Positions 1-13,870 of a stretch of 64,000 nt of DNA are shown piece by piece. The position numbers were made by a program, and so were the translations under genes. Origin of the DNA: Vicugna vicugna (lineage: Eukaryota). The stretch spans positions 237,852 through 301,851 of the forward strand of contig MU057822.1 of assembly GCA_013265495.1 (NCBI GenBank). Reading direction: 5' to 3'. The notes under the pieces were generated by a model, which did not search any database, had not been told where the DNA came from, and worked only from the letters and a program-made list of their open reading frames with translations. Each line of letters starts with the position of its first letter. The first letter of the stretch is position 1.

Positions 1-367
1 TTTAATATCTTCAAAGTTTCTTTCTGGTTCTCAACCTTAGCTACCAAGCTGGCTGACCACGTTTTCCAGAGGAGGAAACTAAGTTTGGTTTATTCACAAT
101 AGTGGAACCAAGACAGCTAGATTTCATTAATTTCTAAGCCTGTCTTTAACAATATTTAAATTAAGTCTATATAGAGACTAAAAAAATGTATTGATCCAAT
201 TATACCTTTCCTGCTTAGGTCTCAGGGTGTCTGGGGGGGCATACATTCCTTTGATTTTCTTACTTTTTGGAGCATGCGTGAGATATATTTAAAATAAGCA
301 TAAGGTAACCTAAAACAATGTTTTCTAGAGGAAAATGGGATATATATATTTTAATATATATATTTTT

Positions 368-480
368 GAGCAGAGGATATAGCTCAGGAGTACAGTTCAC
401 ACTTAGCATGCATGAGGTCCTGGGTTCAATCTCCAGTACCTCCATTAAAAAAATAAACTTGACTACCCCCCCAAAGAATA
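368..480 (+). mobile_element. tRNA-Ala(AGC)-derived SINE (camelid Vic-1-like)
   Basis: Head gatatagctcaggagtacag...cttagcatgcatgaggtcctgggttcaatctccagtacctcc with box A and box B, then an A-rich linker and C-rich tail. Confidence 0.85.
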
Positions 481-1349
481 ATTTTTCTAGTTACAAATGA
501 ACATATTTATTGTAGATTTGGAAAAGTTAAAACATATGATACAGACATTAGCTATCCCTTTGCAGCCTCTGTTAACATTTCATTATTTTTTTTCCTTGCA
601 TTTTGGCTTTTTTGTAAATTGAAATTCTGAAAGGAAGACCTTTAATGTTAAGGATTTTAGTGAAAGTCATAACTCTTCGAAACTGAGTTTGTTAAAAGTT
701 CCTTTTACATGCCGGTATAAATGACAAATAGATTTTAAACTCAGGTGACCTTATTACCAAGGCTACTGCTTTTCATACAGTAATACACTGTTTGTTAAAC
801 TGAAAACTTTATGTAGTTTGCAAGGGGAACTACTGTTGTTCATGGCTTCATATGATATTTTGAGTTTGTCTATTTCTCATCTTCTATGGTATAGGATTCT
901 AAAACTAAAATGTCTGTTTCACGGCTTATGTAGAGAGGAGGGTTATTCTGAGGCTTTCCTTGAGGATAGTATTTTTTTGTATTTAACAGTGCATAGGATG
1001 GTTTATATTGTCATCATTAGCAGTCTAGGACTTTCATCTGTGCTGGTTTCTTTTTTCAAACTGCTGTGAACATCTGTGGTGTGGTAGTACACCAGGGAGA
1101 CACTGTATTTTTACTGTCTTTTCTGGTTGTTTTTACATCTCTCCCTTAGGATTACACCTTTGCTGCTGCTTCTGCCATTAGCGCTTGCCTGGTGGAAAAG
1201 AACTAAACTGTCCCTATCCAATTGGTTTATCTTTAACTCTTACAAGTGCAGCAGCCGCACAGGTGAGGGTGCTATGCTTCTTGCTGCCCTCTTCAGAGTC
1301 TATGAATTATGGTATGGCTGTTGGGGAAGCAGTGCCACTGTGAAAGGCT

Positions 1350-3510
1350 TTTTTTTTTTTTTTCTTCAATTTTTAATTTTAGAACAGTTTTAGTTACAGA
1401 AAAATTCTAAAGATAGTAGAGAGAGTTCCTATATACCCTGGACACCCCCCACCAGTTTCCCCTGTTACTGACATCTTACATTAATGTGGTTCATTTGTCA
1501 CAATTAATGAAACATATTGATAGGTTAACTAAAGTTTATACTTAAACTAAAGTCTATACTTTATTCAAATTTTTTATGAATTCAAAATTTTAAAAAAGTT
1601 TTTACTTGATGCCTGTTCCAGGTGCCTATCCAGGTTATGACACTGCATTTAGTCATCATGTCTTCTTAGTCTCCTCTGTTCTATGAGAGTTTCTCAGAGT
1701 TTCCTTGTTTTTCATATCTGACACAATTTTGAGGAATACCAGTCAGGCATTTTGTAGAATGTCCCTCAAATTGGGGTTGTCTAATGTTTTCATGATTAGA
1801 CTGGGGCTTTCAGAAAGAGTACCACGGAGGTGAAATGCCCTTCTCACCACATGTCAGCCATAACCACATGACGACACTGTTGATGAGAACCTTGATCCTT
1901 TGGTTAAAGTTGGTCAGGTTTCTCCACTGTGAAGTTACTATTTTTCTCTTTTCCTACCCTTTTCTTTGTAAGCTGCTCACAAAGTCCAGTCCACACTCAT
2001 GTGGGAAGGAGGGATGAGGCTGCATCTCCTAAAGGGGACACTATCTACTGGAATTCATCTGTAAGAAAGATTTGTCACCTCTCCTATTTATCTGTTAATT
2101 CAATCATTTATTCAGTATGAGCTTGTATATTTTATTTTGTATTTTGGGTTAAAATATGTATTAGGGTTCTCTGGAGAAACAGAACCAATAGAATGGAGAC
2201 ACAGATAGATCTATATGTCATGTGATAGTAGGGGCTGGCAAGTCCAAACGCCAGTAGCCTGGCATTCTAGAGGTGAGCAGTGTTGTGCAACTTCAAAGGC
2301 AGTGTGCTGGCAGTTTCCTCTTGAGGGAGGTTAGTCTTTTTAAAAATTAAGGCCTTCAACTGATTGGATGAGGCCCACTTATGCAATGGAGGGTAATCTG
2401 CTTTACTGAACATCTACTGATTTAAATTGTAATCTCATTAAAAAAAAAAACCATCACAGAAACATCTAGAATAATGTTTGACCGTATATCTGGGTACTGT
2501 GGCCCAGCCAAGTTGACATAAAATTCATGATTCATTATATATTTATTTTGTTCTTATGTCATTTATTTTGTTCCTAAGTTGTTTCATCTTTGGTCATTGG
2601 GAGTTTATTTTTCAGGTTGGCTCTTAAGTCCCTTTGACATGCACTTGACCTTTTAGTTTTTAAGCATCTCTTTATTTTCTGATGACTGCAGTATGTGTCA
2701 GACCTGTCTTGCATTTTCTCTATCCCAGCCCTAGAGTCAGCTATTTTTCCAAGAATACATTCTTGGAAACCAAGATCTGAGCATTGAACGTGTGGTGTCA
2801 TTACCTTACAGGACAGAGGTTGGCAATATGTATACTTAAACTAACATAGGTATGTACACATCTATAATGTTTCTGTATATCCATCTGTATATATATTAAG
2901 CTACCCCTAGGTTCATTCTGGTTTCTGACTCTAATCAAGTAGCAGTGTTCTTTCTAGCTTTCTCTTCTTGTTTTTCCTGTAACTTCCCTCTTTGTAAAGA
3001 ACCTGGCCCCCACTGTTTGTTTAAAAGCAGTTTTAGAAATTTTAACCCATACCCCTGTGGGAAGCAAATTTACACCTAGAGTACAGTGTTTATATATATA
3101 GTTCTTTGTCTTTATCTTTTCAGTGTACAGCCAAAACATTGATTTCCAACCTTACTTAGGTCAGCTCCATTCCGCTCCCAACCCCTTCAGTGAGATTATG
3201 TCATCCAGTTGTAATACAGCTGGATTCATTTGTCATAGTCTTCATACCATCCTTGTTGATTTTTAAAATTTACTTTGCATACATCAAAGTTTATTCTTTG
3301 AGATACACATTTCTATGGGTGTTGACAAGTGCATAAAGTCACGTATCTACCACCTCAGGGCTATACAGAACAGTGTCACCTTCAAATTCCCCGTGTGTAC
3401 CCATTGCAGTTGACCACTCCCTCCTTCACCAATCCCTGCAACCACTAATCGGTTTTCTGTCACTATAGTTTTGTTTTTTTCCTAAATTTGTCATATATAG
3501 CTCTTAGGGT
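1350..3510 (-). mobile_element. Old L1 (L1MC-like) 3' region, split by the MLT2 LTR; boundaries approximate
   Basis: ttttaattttagaacagttttag...gagagttcctatatacc...ttttgaggaataccagtcaggcattttgtagaatgtccctcaa, which is typical L1MC 3'UTR text. Confidence 0.65.
2157..2527 (-). mobile_element. MLT2-family (ERVL) solo LTR inserted in an old L1
   Basis: tgtattagggttctctggagaaacagaaccaatag at one end and gccttcaactgattggatgaggccca...ggcccagccaagttgaca at the other resemble the MLT2 consensus as I recall it. Confidence 0.75.
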
Positions 3511-3551
3511 CTGGATTACACTTAAAAATAACCATTAAAAAATTAAAACAA

Positions 3552-3680
3552 TATTATTTATTTAGGGGTAGGTAGTAAGGTTTATTTATTTATTTATTTT
3601 AATGAAGGTACTGGGGATTGGACCCAGGACCTTGTGGATGCTAAGCAAGCACTGTACCACTTGAGCAACGTCCTCCCTCC
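3552..3680 (-). mobile_element. tRNA-Ala-derived SINE (Vic-1-like)
   Basis: Reverse complement of the same head (ggtactggggattggacccaggaccttgtg...accacttgagc) plus a tttattt tail. Confidence 0.85.
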
Positions 3681-4640
3681 ATCACAATGTAATTTTAGAA
3701 CATTTCCATCACCTCAGGAAGAAACCTTGTGCCTACTAGCAGTCACTCCTCTTTCCCAGCCCCACACTCAGGCAACTACTAATCTGCTTTCTGTCTCTAT
3801 GAATTTGCCCTTTCTGGACATTTGCTGTAAATGAGATAATACAATATGTGTTCTTTTGTTACGGCTTCTTTCACTTGGCATAATGTTTTTAAGGTTGGTC
3901 TGTGTTACAGCATATTGTATCTGTTGTTCCAGCATCATTTGTTGAAAATACTATCCTTTTCTTACTGAATTACCTTGGAAGTTTTGTTGAAAATCTGTTG
4001 ACCAACCTATTGTTGGTGTCTCTGGGGACTCTGTATTCAGTTACATTGATCTGTATGTCTATTTTTATGCCAGTAACACAGTTTCTTGATTATTATTGTA
4101 TAGTAAGTCCTAAAATCATGTAGTGTAAGTCTTCCAACTTTGCTTTTCTTTTTAAAAATTGATTAGGCTTTTTGAGGTCTTTTCAAGTCAGTTTGACACA
4201 ATTTCTACAAAAGTCTACTGTGATTTTGAGTGGAATTACACTGAATACATAGATTAATTACAGAAGAGTTGACATCTTAACAAAATTGAGTCTTCCATGA
4301 ACGTCGTTTATTTCTCCATTTATTTAGGCATTTTTAAATTTTAGCAATGTTTGTAGTTTTTCACTGTATAGATTTTCAACCTGCTTTGTTAAATGTATCC
4401 ATAAGTATTTCATGTAGAAATATAATTGATTTTTTTGAACTTTGACCTTGTATCGTGTAGCTTTGCTGAATTGTGTTATTAGATCTAGTAGCCTTTTTTT
4501 ATTTTCCGTAAGATTTTTTTACATCTACAATTGTAGTCTGCAGATAAACACAGTTTTACTTTTTCAATCTGTATGTCTTTATTTATTTTTCTTGTTCCAC
4601 TGGCTATAATCTGCAGTACAGCATTGCATAGAAGTGGCAT
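3681..4640 (-). mobile_element. Old L1 fragments (L1MB/ME-like 3' end and ORF2); approximate
   Basis: ggcaactactaatctgctttctgtctctatgaatttgcc...; gttccagcatcatttgttgaaaa...; gtaagtcttccaactttg. Confidence 0.65.
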
Positions 4641-7600
4641 AGTGATTCTTCTTGATTTAATTGTTCTGAATCTGGATCACTGTTACTGTACTTTGTTCTT
4701 GAACTCTTAGCTCCAGGGCTGTTGGTAGGTCAGTTCTGTATTTCTCTCGTTGTCGTACTGGCAGTTCTTTCTCTAACGCATTTTTTTAGCCCTCTTCACT
4801 AATTTCATAAGCACCCAATCTCATTAAATTCTTTCTCAAAACACCAAATGTGTTTTCTTCACCCTGAACCTTGACTGATACACTTCCATTTACCATATGG
4901 GTTATTCTTAGGGTCCTTGGAGACAGTTTCTTTATGGGTCAAATACTAATTGACATTGGAGTAGAACAATGAATGTATTCTGGCCAGTCTCTTTTTTAAT
5001 GGTTCCTTCATGATGTGATACCACTTATGAATGAACTAGATAGAAATAGTTTCTCTATGAAGAATGGGAAGGCAGTATTATCATGAAGATGATATGGTGT
5101 TATATTATCTAAGAGTGGTTTAAGTAACAGTGGCCGTGCCATTTAATTATACTTTGCTTCTTTCAGCTTGTGAGTGCACATTGTTACAGATAGTTTGGCG
5201 AGTACAGCAGAAAGTAACACTGCTTCTTAAAAACAGACATTGTGAATGCTTCATTACTCATTTTGAAATGTTCAAGGTGGCATTAGGTTTTAACTCCCTT
5301 GACAGTATTCTTAGCTAGTTGGTTGAGCCAGACTGTATGGGATAGAAATTTGCTCATTTGTGTATCAGAAAGGAGACTGAAAAATTTCTAAGGGTAATTT
5401 GCTTTTCATCAGAGGTAGTCTTGTTTTTCAGGTAGTTATATGAATGCTGACTTTGAATGCTGTTGGGCTTGGGAGACACTGGAGAAATTGCTCCTTGAAG
5501 GAAGTACATTCATTTAGCAGGGAAGAAAGTTAAGTTTGTAATTGCCGTAACATATGTGGTTCATATAGCAGGAGGAGTTGGGAAAAACATCACCGAGAAA
5601 GTGATATCTACACTAAGACTAAAGGATAATTTTAGGAACTAGCCAGATGTTTGCAAAGGCCAGGACATTGGGGAAACCTAAAGAGGTTCAGAATGGCTGG
5701 GGGTGGTGGTGGCATGGGTCAGTGAAGGAGTATTAAGCAACCATTTTAAGTATCCATTGAAATAGTCTTCTGTTTAGTCATAAGACTTGGTTAAGGCTCT
5801 CAAGATGTGTACTCTACCATAGGTTTACTCTATGTTGGCCATTTATAGTGTATGTATCTGCACTATAGGTGCTTGGTCATTGAGTATAATTTGAGATTTG
5901 CTACTATCATATTCAGTTTAACCAAGATTAAACTATATTTTTTGAGAATTGACTAAAAGTCCTACAGACACTCCTTTCCTCTGGGGATTCTTAGATGGAC
6001 CTTGTGGTCTGAAATCCCTCTGAAATTGTATTCAAAATTGTACATTTGTGGAGGGAGAGGAGGATCTGTCCCTTAATTTAGATTCTGAGTTTTGAAACCA
6101 CCTGCCTGCTGATCGCCCTTTATCCCCTCCCCATGCAACAAGTTAAGTATCATTTGGATGCCCTTAAATGCTGCTTCAGACTCTGCACAACGCTGTGCGT
6201 CTGCCCTGCTGCACACCCACTCCATATAGAGGTGTTTTCACTGAATTGTGCTTTGGGTGATAACACGACGATCTCTACCTGTGGAAATACGCTGTCAGTG
6301 GCAGCCGTGTGAAATTCATTTCGGGTGTTGTGAAGATACTACATAAGGTCCTTCTTTTTAAGGGGATCTTCAGGAGTGAGTTCATTTTTTCTTTAAGCAA
6401 TGCAAATAATTCTATTTAATCAGAAAAATAATTTTTTCAACCTTAGTGATACTTAGTTGTGTGATTATCTGATCATATTTCTTTTCTCATATCAGCTGCA
6501 GAAATCTTGAATTAATTGAATTAGTTATTCATCAGAAATTAAGCACCTACTGGCTTGGAGCTGAAAACGTAGGCTGTTAACCCTGTGAATGTAGACAACT
6601 CTGATACGCGTTTTAAATAAATTTTTGTATTACCCATATTTCTGATTCCACTTAGTGCTCCTCCCTTGTTTCTCTTTTTCTCATCTATTTCTGATTTATG
6701 TTTTTTTTGTATTTTATATATCTCTGAAAAGTACTTTATACTTTGAGGCAAGATAGGGTATTGAAAATAAACCCTGAACTTTCTGGTTTAGGAATTTGCC
6801 CTTTGGAAAAAATGTTCTTTCTCTCTTGTTCCTTTCCCTATATAACATACTTTTTATTTAGGGGTGTTCCTTTCTTTTTCCCATCTCTGCTTAGTAAAAT
6901 AAACTCATTCTTTAGGGTAAAAGACCAGTTCAAATGTTTTTGCTTTTTAGAAGTCTTCTTCAACACTCTGTCTCTTGCAAAAATAGTTTTACAAGGCTGT
7001 TGGCATTGAGACTGTGTCTGAAGTAAGGCCTGGCATATTTTTAGTGAACTTTTACCCTATTTTCTTTACCCTTAAAGCATTTATCATTTTGTACTTGGCT
7101 CTAAATTATTATATATGTGTTTACCCTTGCTCCCTTGTGTGACATTAACTGGTCAATCTACTATTAGTATTCTATTTCTTAATCCTCATTTTCTTCCTTC
7201 TCTCCTTCCTCAGTCATATATCATTCTTTGTAGTGATTCTCTTAAGACACTTGACGGAATGGTTTGTGGTAATCATGTGGAAGATTGGATGGATGCTTGT
7301 ATAGTTGAGCAGTTATAACCCTAGCGGTGTTTGATTGGTTCACGTTAACCAAGATAGACATTTTCCTGATTTACATCAGGTCCTGAACTTAATTGATCCA
7401 ATTCCAGAAAATAATCACTTGATGAAGACATTAATGTATGTCCTAGGTATGTAGGAATCAAAGAAATTGAATAACCATTAGGTTCGTTGATAAAAATCAG
7501 GATTCAGAAAGTTTTCCATAGTTGGGCAGAAAACTTGCTAAAATAACAGATTATTGTATTTGTCTTAAAAAAAGAACTTTGCCTATGTGAAGTCAGGGAG

Positions 7601-7654
7601 CTCTAGCCTAGCAGTAGGTAGCTTGTGAGATAAGACATATATTGATCACTCTTT

Positions 7655-8035
7655 GGGTTAGTCAGACTAGACTAGGTTATGCTGTGGTTAAAAAAAACCA
7701 TGCACAACCCTAAAATTTCAGTGGCTTCAAACACAAAAGTTTATTTCTCATTGGCTCAAGTTGACGGAGGCCTCTGCTCATTGAGATTACTCAGTAATAG
7801 TGCAGTCACCATCTCAAACATTGCCGGAGAGACTGTTCTTCTGTTGGCTCTGTTTAACCAACAGTTAAATTCTCTGGCCAGAAGTGAGTGGAGGCATTTC
7901 CACTTAGAAGTCATTGACCAAGTCTAGACACCTGGTCCCTGTCAACCACAAGGGGGTCAAGAAATGTAATGTTATGTGTGCATGCAGTGGGGGAGAACCA
8001 GAGCTATTTGACAACTGCATTAATGACTACTGCAT
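7655..8035. mobile_element. MLT1-family (ERVL-MaLR) LTR remnant; approximate
   Basis: tagtcagactagactaggttatgctgtgg...aaaatttcagtggcttcaaacacaaaagtttatttctca...cattaatgactac resembles old MLT1 LTRs. Confidence 0.55.
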
Positions 8036-9817
8036 TATATTACTAGCACATAACACAGCAATTGCTTGACATATACTAGGCATTCAGTACATGTATGCTG
8101 AATAGATTGCATTGTTCAAGTAGCTACTAAGTTTAAATCTCTGGAAGGGATGTTAGAAAGGGAGTTGCTGGAAGATTATATAGAAGAGCTAAGCAGTCTT
8201 TTTCTTGAATTTCTACAGTTGTATTACTTCCTCCTTAGTATATTTTTCTCAAGCATATTTCTTCCTTTTCTCTTTTTTCTTTCTAGACTCCTATGGAAAG
8301 TATAAATTATATAGATGAGACTGCAGTATCTTACCTTCTTTGAAGGAACATAAAAACAGTTCACTGGCTATCTAATCCGTATATTTAGATGATTATTTCA
8401 GTCTAGATCTGGATACAGTGTTCATATTTATTGTTGACTGGCATTAAATTGATGTTCATTGTTCTACATGTAAAGACTTCTTTTAGTAGACAGAAAATAT
8501 AACTAAGATCAGAATTAAAATTGGTCTTCACATTAATGGCAGTAAATGATATTTGTATTTTAAGGATAGTGATTTTATAAAGAGAGTAAGTTGTAAGTTG
8601 TATAGCAATTCTGAATACTGTGTTGAAATATCAATAGCAGATATTAGCAATCTGTTAGTAATCCTAATGTGAAACTAGTTTTAAAAGTGCAGTCTTGAAT
8701 TACTCAACACTTCTTATTCAAATTATGGGAAATATCCATTTTATGATTTTGAATAGAACCATAGGTTGTTTACTTAAATAAAGCTTGCTGTGTTCTTCCT
8801 CCCCCTTCTCAGTTTGAGTCCCTGGAATCTGTTCTATTTTTACTTGTGGATCTACGTACTGAAGCTGTCTCTGATTTCATGCTCTGAAGATCAACAAGAG
8901 ATCTCTTGTAAGATGAGAATTGTGTAATAGGTGACTATTAGGAGAGTAGACAAGTCTGAGTAAGTCAGTAAACATTTATTGAGGTTTTTTCAGTAAAAGC
9001 AATGCTGTACCAAATGTCTCTTGGTACTTTGACTAAAGATAATAATTCAATGGCTGGCTTTGTGCCTGATAAATAATTGCTAGAAGTAATTTTTGTGGTA
9101 TTGTTGAAGCTTTTTGTTAATGTTAATTTTTAAACTCTTTAAAGGATCAATGAAAATAATGTATATGGAATATTTACAAATTGTTGGAAATAAGTTAGGA
9201 CTATTGAATTTGAGAAAAGTCTTAACAAATCAAATTTTGTCTTCATTTTTATTATAGAATGAAAGTGAAGCAGTACTGTTTAAAATTCAAATTGGGCAGC
9301 ATTTATACTTTTCAAGGCATTAGAATCTGCTTGGGGCTTGTTTCGGAAAGATTTTTGATTGTTAGAAGATTACCTTTGCTAAACATTGCAGAGAAGACCT
9401 AATGGCACTGTCTTTTCTCTTCAAAAACAGTAATGGACATTGGATTGCTTGTTATGAGACTGGGGCCTGTGTGTTTCCGACTGCCCATCTGGTGCTATTA
9501 TTCTGCTTGTTCTCTCTGGATCTCTGGCCTAACGTGACATTATATCAGACTCTAATTATGAATCAATTTATTTTGCAAAGCTGGTTTAAAATGTTCAGAT
9601 AATTATGTTTTCAAGTTGCAGTTTGATCTTTTATTTCTTTGGCACATGAATGCATATAAGCAAAACTTGATTGAATTTTGAATTGTAGGAATTTCTAAAG
9701 ACAGCAAAACACTTGGTCTTTTCCCACACCTTAACTCTTATCACTCACCTTTTAAATTCTGGTTTGTCTTTATGTACATGGTTTGTTCTTTGAAATTAAT
9801 ATATTCCATTCTTTATT

Positions 9818-9931
9818 ACTATTATTATTGTTACTGTTAATATTATTATTTTTAATGGAGGTACTGGAGATTGAACCCAGGACCTCATGCATGCTGAGCA
9901 TGCGCTCTACCACTGAACATACCCCCTCCCC
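9818..9931 (-). mobile_element. tRNA-Ala-derived SINE (Vic-1-like) with TSD
   Basis: SINE head on the minus strand. TSD att(c/a)cattctttatt at 9803-9817 and 9932-9946. Confidence 0.88.
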
Positions 9932-10204
9932 ATTACATTCTTTATTTTTACTTAAATTTTTGTTTTAAAGGCTGTGGAATCCCTCTCCCCCACCCAGAGA
10001 TTTGCCTGCTTCCTACTGCCCCTTTTTTTCCCCCCTTATTTTGTGGCAAGGTAGACCTAGGGGCAGATAACCACATGGAACTTGTCTAGTAGTCGAGTAG
10101 ACAGTTGGGCATACTTTATATTCACACAGGAGCAATGAGAAAAAGGACACAAGATTTCAGGAGAATGTATCACAGGGTGTGGTAACATTTATTATTACCA
10201 TTTC

Positions 10205-11370
10205 CCACCAACAGGAACCAGGGCAGCATGGAGAAATGGCTAATAGGTCTGGAACTGGAAATATTCAGAACATCTTGTCATACAAGAAAGTAAGAAAGCT
10301 ACCAAGATAACTGGGCAGGCAGCTTTGTCACTGGGCAGGGTTCCCATTGTACAAACTTCTCACTAAGACAAGTTGAGTGGATAAAAAGAGTAATGATTAT
10401 GGATTTAAACACATCAACTATATTGAAGTTTGACATCATAATACCAAGGCCAGTAACAACAGCAATAACAACGGAGTCTTAATGGTCATCTTTGGAAGAT
10501 GCTATGCAACAGACTTACTCTCAGGGCAAGGGAAAAGAATCAGGTATTCATCTGTTAAGACTCCCCTGGATTAAACAAACAGTTAATAAAGAGAAGTTTT
10601 TCATTACATAGTATTTCAGTTAATAAATGAAGAAATGAAAGAATTAGAATACCACCATTTTGCAGCCTATAATGAGAGAGACCTAGGCAATGATCAACAA
10701 CTACTGAAGCCAATAAGTGAAAACCCGAATCTACAGATCATAAAAATAGGGACAAATTAGACGTGTGCCTCCTGATGTGATGGAGTGGTGGCACCATCTG
10801 TGAAGTTTTATTGCAAAAAATTCACATCTGTATCTGATTAAGCCTCTAGACCTACCGATTAATAGGAAATATAGGGTACAGAAGAACATGTTTGAAGACA
10901 CCCCATGAGAATACAAACAGTAAAATCTAGAAGGAAGTTCTAAAGGACAACTCTCTTGTTTTTTTCAACAAATAAGTGACAAGAAGAAAAAAAGGCTAAG
11001 GAAACCTATAAATTAGAAGAGATATATTAACCATATGCAACGTGAAGTTCTTATTTGGATGGATCCTGATTCTAACCAACTAACTGTAAAACAGTCTTTA
11101 TGGAGAAAAAGTGAAAATTTGAGCACTGGATATCTGATACTAACCAATTGTTCATTTTTCTTACACTGTGATAATATTGTGCTTATGTTTTAGAACTTTA
11201 TACTAAAATATTGACAGACAAAAGTATGACATCTGGAATTTAAAATCTATGTTGAGCGGATGTGGGTGAGGATATAGATAAACAAGATGGGCCATGTGTT
11301 GATAATTGAACCTAGACATGATAGATCATTTTACCATTCTACTTCTCTGCTGAAAATTGGTAAGTTTAAA
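10205..11370 (+). mobile_element. Old L1 (L1MC-like) 3' region; approximate
   Basis: aggaaccagggc..ggagaaatggct...catcttgtcatac; tctgattaagcctctaga; ttatttggat..atcctgattc; aaacaagatgggccatgtgttgataattg. Confidence 0.6.
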
Positions 11371-12214
11371 AAGGGTCATATATGCTGGTGCTTTGGTCTT
11401 CCCGAATTGCATAAAATTCGGTTTTTATAGATGAGGTAAACGAGTTGTCTCTGTTGTTAAATTTTTTCTTGAGCTGTCTTCTTAGACTAAGATCAGAAAT
11501 TTTTGGTGATAGTATTTGTAATTTGAATTATCTGTGAAACAAATTCATGCCTCATTTTTCGTGTGCTTGGTCTAAGGATTTTTTTTTTAAATAATAGGAT
11601 TAAAGTAACTGAGATCCATTCCTTTTGACTTTTGCCTCAGTACTAGGGCAAGCTGTTTTGAAAATCTTTTTTCATGTTATTGATTGGGCTTCTTGCTTGA
11701 AGATTCTTTGAAGTACAAACTGCTGTGTTGTGTGCTCAGGCTAATAGCAGTAACTAGCTACTCTATATTGCTTGTTTTCTTTTTATACTATTCATCATAT
11801 TAACTTGCTTGACTATTGAGGAAAACCGAGGCTCTGCCTTCAATAAATGAAGGACTTAGTGCTGTTTAAGAAAGCTGCTAGAGCACCAGCATATTTGTTT
11901 GCCTCTGTTTCTTCTTTTGGCTAGTAGTTGTTACTTTTATTTTCCAGAGACATCCCTGGAGCTTTAGTCTCTAGAGTTTATATCTGTTGCAACTGAAGAG
12001 AAATTTACCAGTAGTATGTATATTTTTCCCCTTCTTGAAAAGCTTTGAAGAAGAGTATAGTGAAATCTTCTCACCCTCTTATCTAGGAAAATAGGGTTTG
12101 GCTTTATTTTAAAGTTTTATAGCTTTTAAATGATAGGAGCATGTAAAAATTATCTTATATGGTACTTTAAACTTAAAGTGCTGACATACCAAATTTAATC
12201 TCTAAATTATATAG

Positions 12215-13870
12215 TCATTTAGTGAATATCTGAGTGCCTACTTTTCTAAGCATTGTTGTACTTTAAAGAACATAACAAAAATCTTGCTGGCACAGACTTT
12301 ACATTTAGTATGGGAAGACAGATAATAAACTAGATAATTAAGTTAAAGATGTGGTGTGTTAATGTAAGTTCCCAGAAGAGAAAATAAAGTGGGCAAAGGG
12401 GATGGAAACTTGAAGGTGGAGCATTGGTGTCTGGGGGCCAAGCTTCGCAGGCAGTGAGGAATAACAAGCACAAAGACTCTGAGGTGGGAGGAGAGAAGGC
12501 CTGGTTTGTCAGAGGAGCAGCAAGGTACAGGGGTGGTAGTGTGGTCTTGATAGGTAAGAACTTTGGCTTCTATGCTGAGACATACCATTCAAAGGTTTTC
12601 AGCACAGGAGTTGACATAATTTGATTTACATTTTAAAAAGATCATGCTTGGCTTGTGCTGAGTATACAGACTGTAGGGAGACAAGGGCAGAAGCAAATAA
12701 ACTGATTATGAGACTAGAACAGTAAGTCAGAATAGAGAGAACATTGTCCTGGACCAGGGTGGTAACAGTGGAGATGATAAATGGTTGAATTTTTTTTTTG
12801 GAGGGAAGGTAATTAGGTTTAGTTATTTATTTTTTGGAGGAGGTACTGGGGATTCAACCGAGGACCTTGTGCATGCTAAGCATGCACTCTACCACTTGAG
12901 CTATACCTTCCCCCCGAATTTTTGTGTATATTTTCGGAGTGGAGTGGTCAGGATTTACTGATGAACCAGGTTTTTGGGGGAATGATGTATCCAGCATGTC
13001 TTCAAGGCTTTTGGCTTGAGCAGTTGCAAAGATGGAGTTGACATTAACTGAGGTAAAAAAGACTGCAGGACAAGGCAGAGAGATTACTAGGGGCTCAGTT
13101 TTGAATATGCTAATTTTGAACAGCCTGTTAGACATTCAAGTAGAGAAGTCATACAGGCAGTTTATCATGTACAATCAGGAAATTCAGTGAAGAGGTGTGG
13201 GTTAGAGACATAAACTTGGAAATTGTTAGTGTATAGGTCTTTAATAAACCATGAGGTCAGATGGAATCAGTAAGAGAAGAGGATTAAGTACCAAGTTTTG
13301 GGACACATCAGCATTAAGAAGTCAGAGAAATTATCAGAAACTAGGGAAGGAGTATGAAGGGGTTGGTCACGGAGGTAAGTGGAAAACTAGAGTTGTGGTA
13401 ACCTGTAAGCCAAGTGAAGAAATTTCAAGGAGGGAGGGAGGGAGATCAGCTGTGTCAAATAAGAGGTCGGGTAAGATAAGGACTGATACATGACACTAGA
13501 GGTGAGTGGAGACTTTGAAAAGGACACTTTTCAGTGCCAGTGGTGGGGGCAAAAGCCAGGTTGGTGTGAGCTTGAGTGAACGGAAGAGGAATTGGAGACG
13601 GGGAATGTAGATGGGTCCTAAAAGTTGTGCTCTTAAAATGGGGGAGCAGAGAAGGACAATAACTGGAGCGAGTGTAGGCTTCATTTTTGTGTTTGTAAAG
13701 GTTGGAAAATGATAGCATGTTTGTTGATGGGATTGAATTCAGTAGAGAGGGATGTTGATGACACACGAGAGGGTAGGAATTTCTGGAGCAATGTCTTTGA
13801 GTGGGGGAAATTAGATGGGATCTAAGTACTGCCCAGTTTGGAAGCTGTAGCTAGGAACATGGCAGCTAGC
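12215..13870 (-). mobile_element. L2 (LINE-2) remnant; approximate
   Basis: Starts with the reverse complement of the L2 3' end (catttagtgaatatctgagtgcctac). Purine-rich body. The minus-strand ORF 12854..13135 contains L2-like FKISIFKTEPLVI. Confidence 0.7.
12791..12915 (-). mobile_element. tRNA-Ala-derived SINE (Vic-1-like) inserted in an L2
   Basis: Full head plus ggtaattaggttt tail, flanked by gaattttt at 12787 and 12916. Confidence 0.9.
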
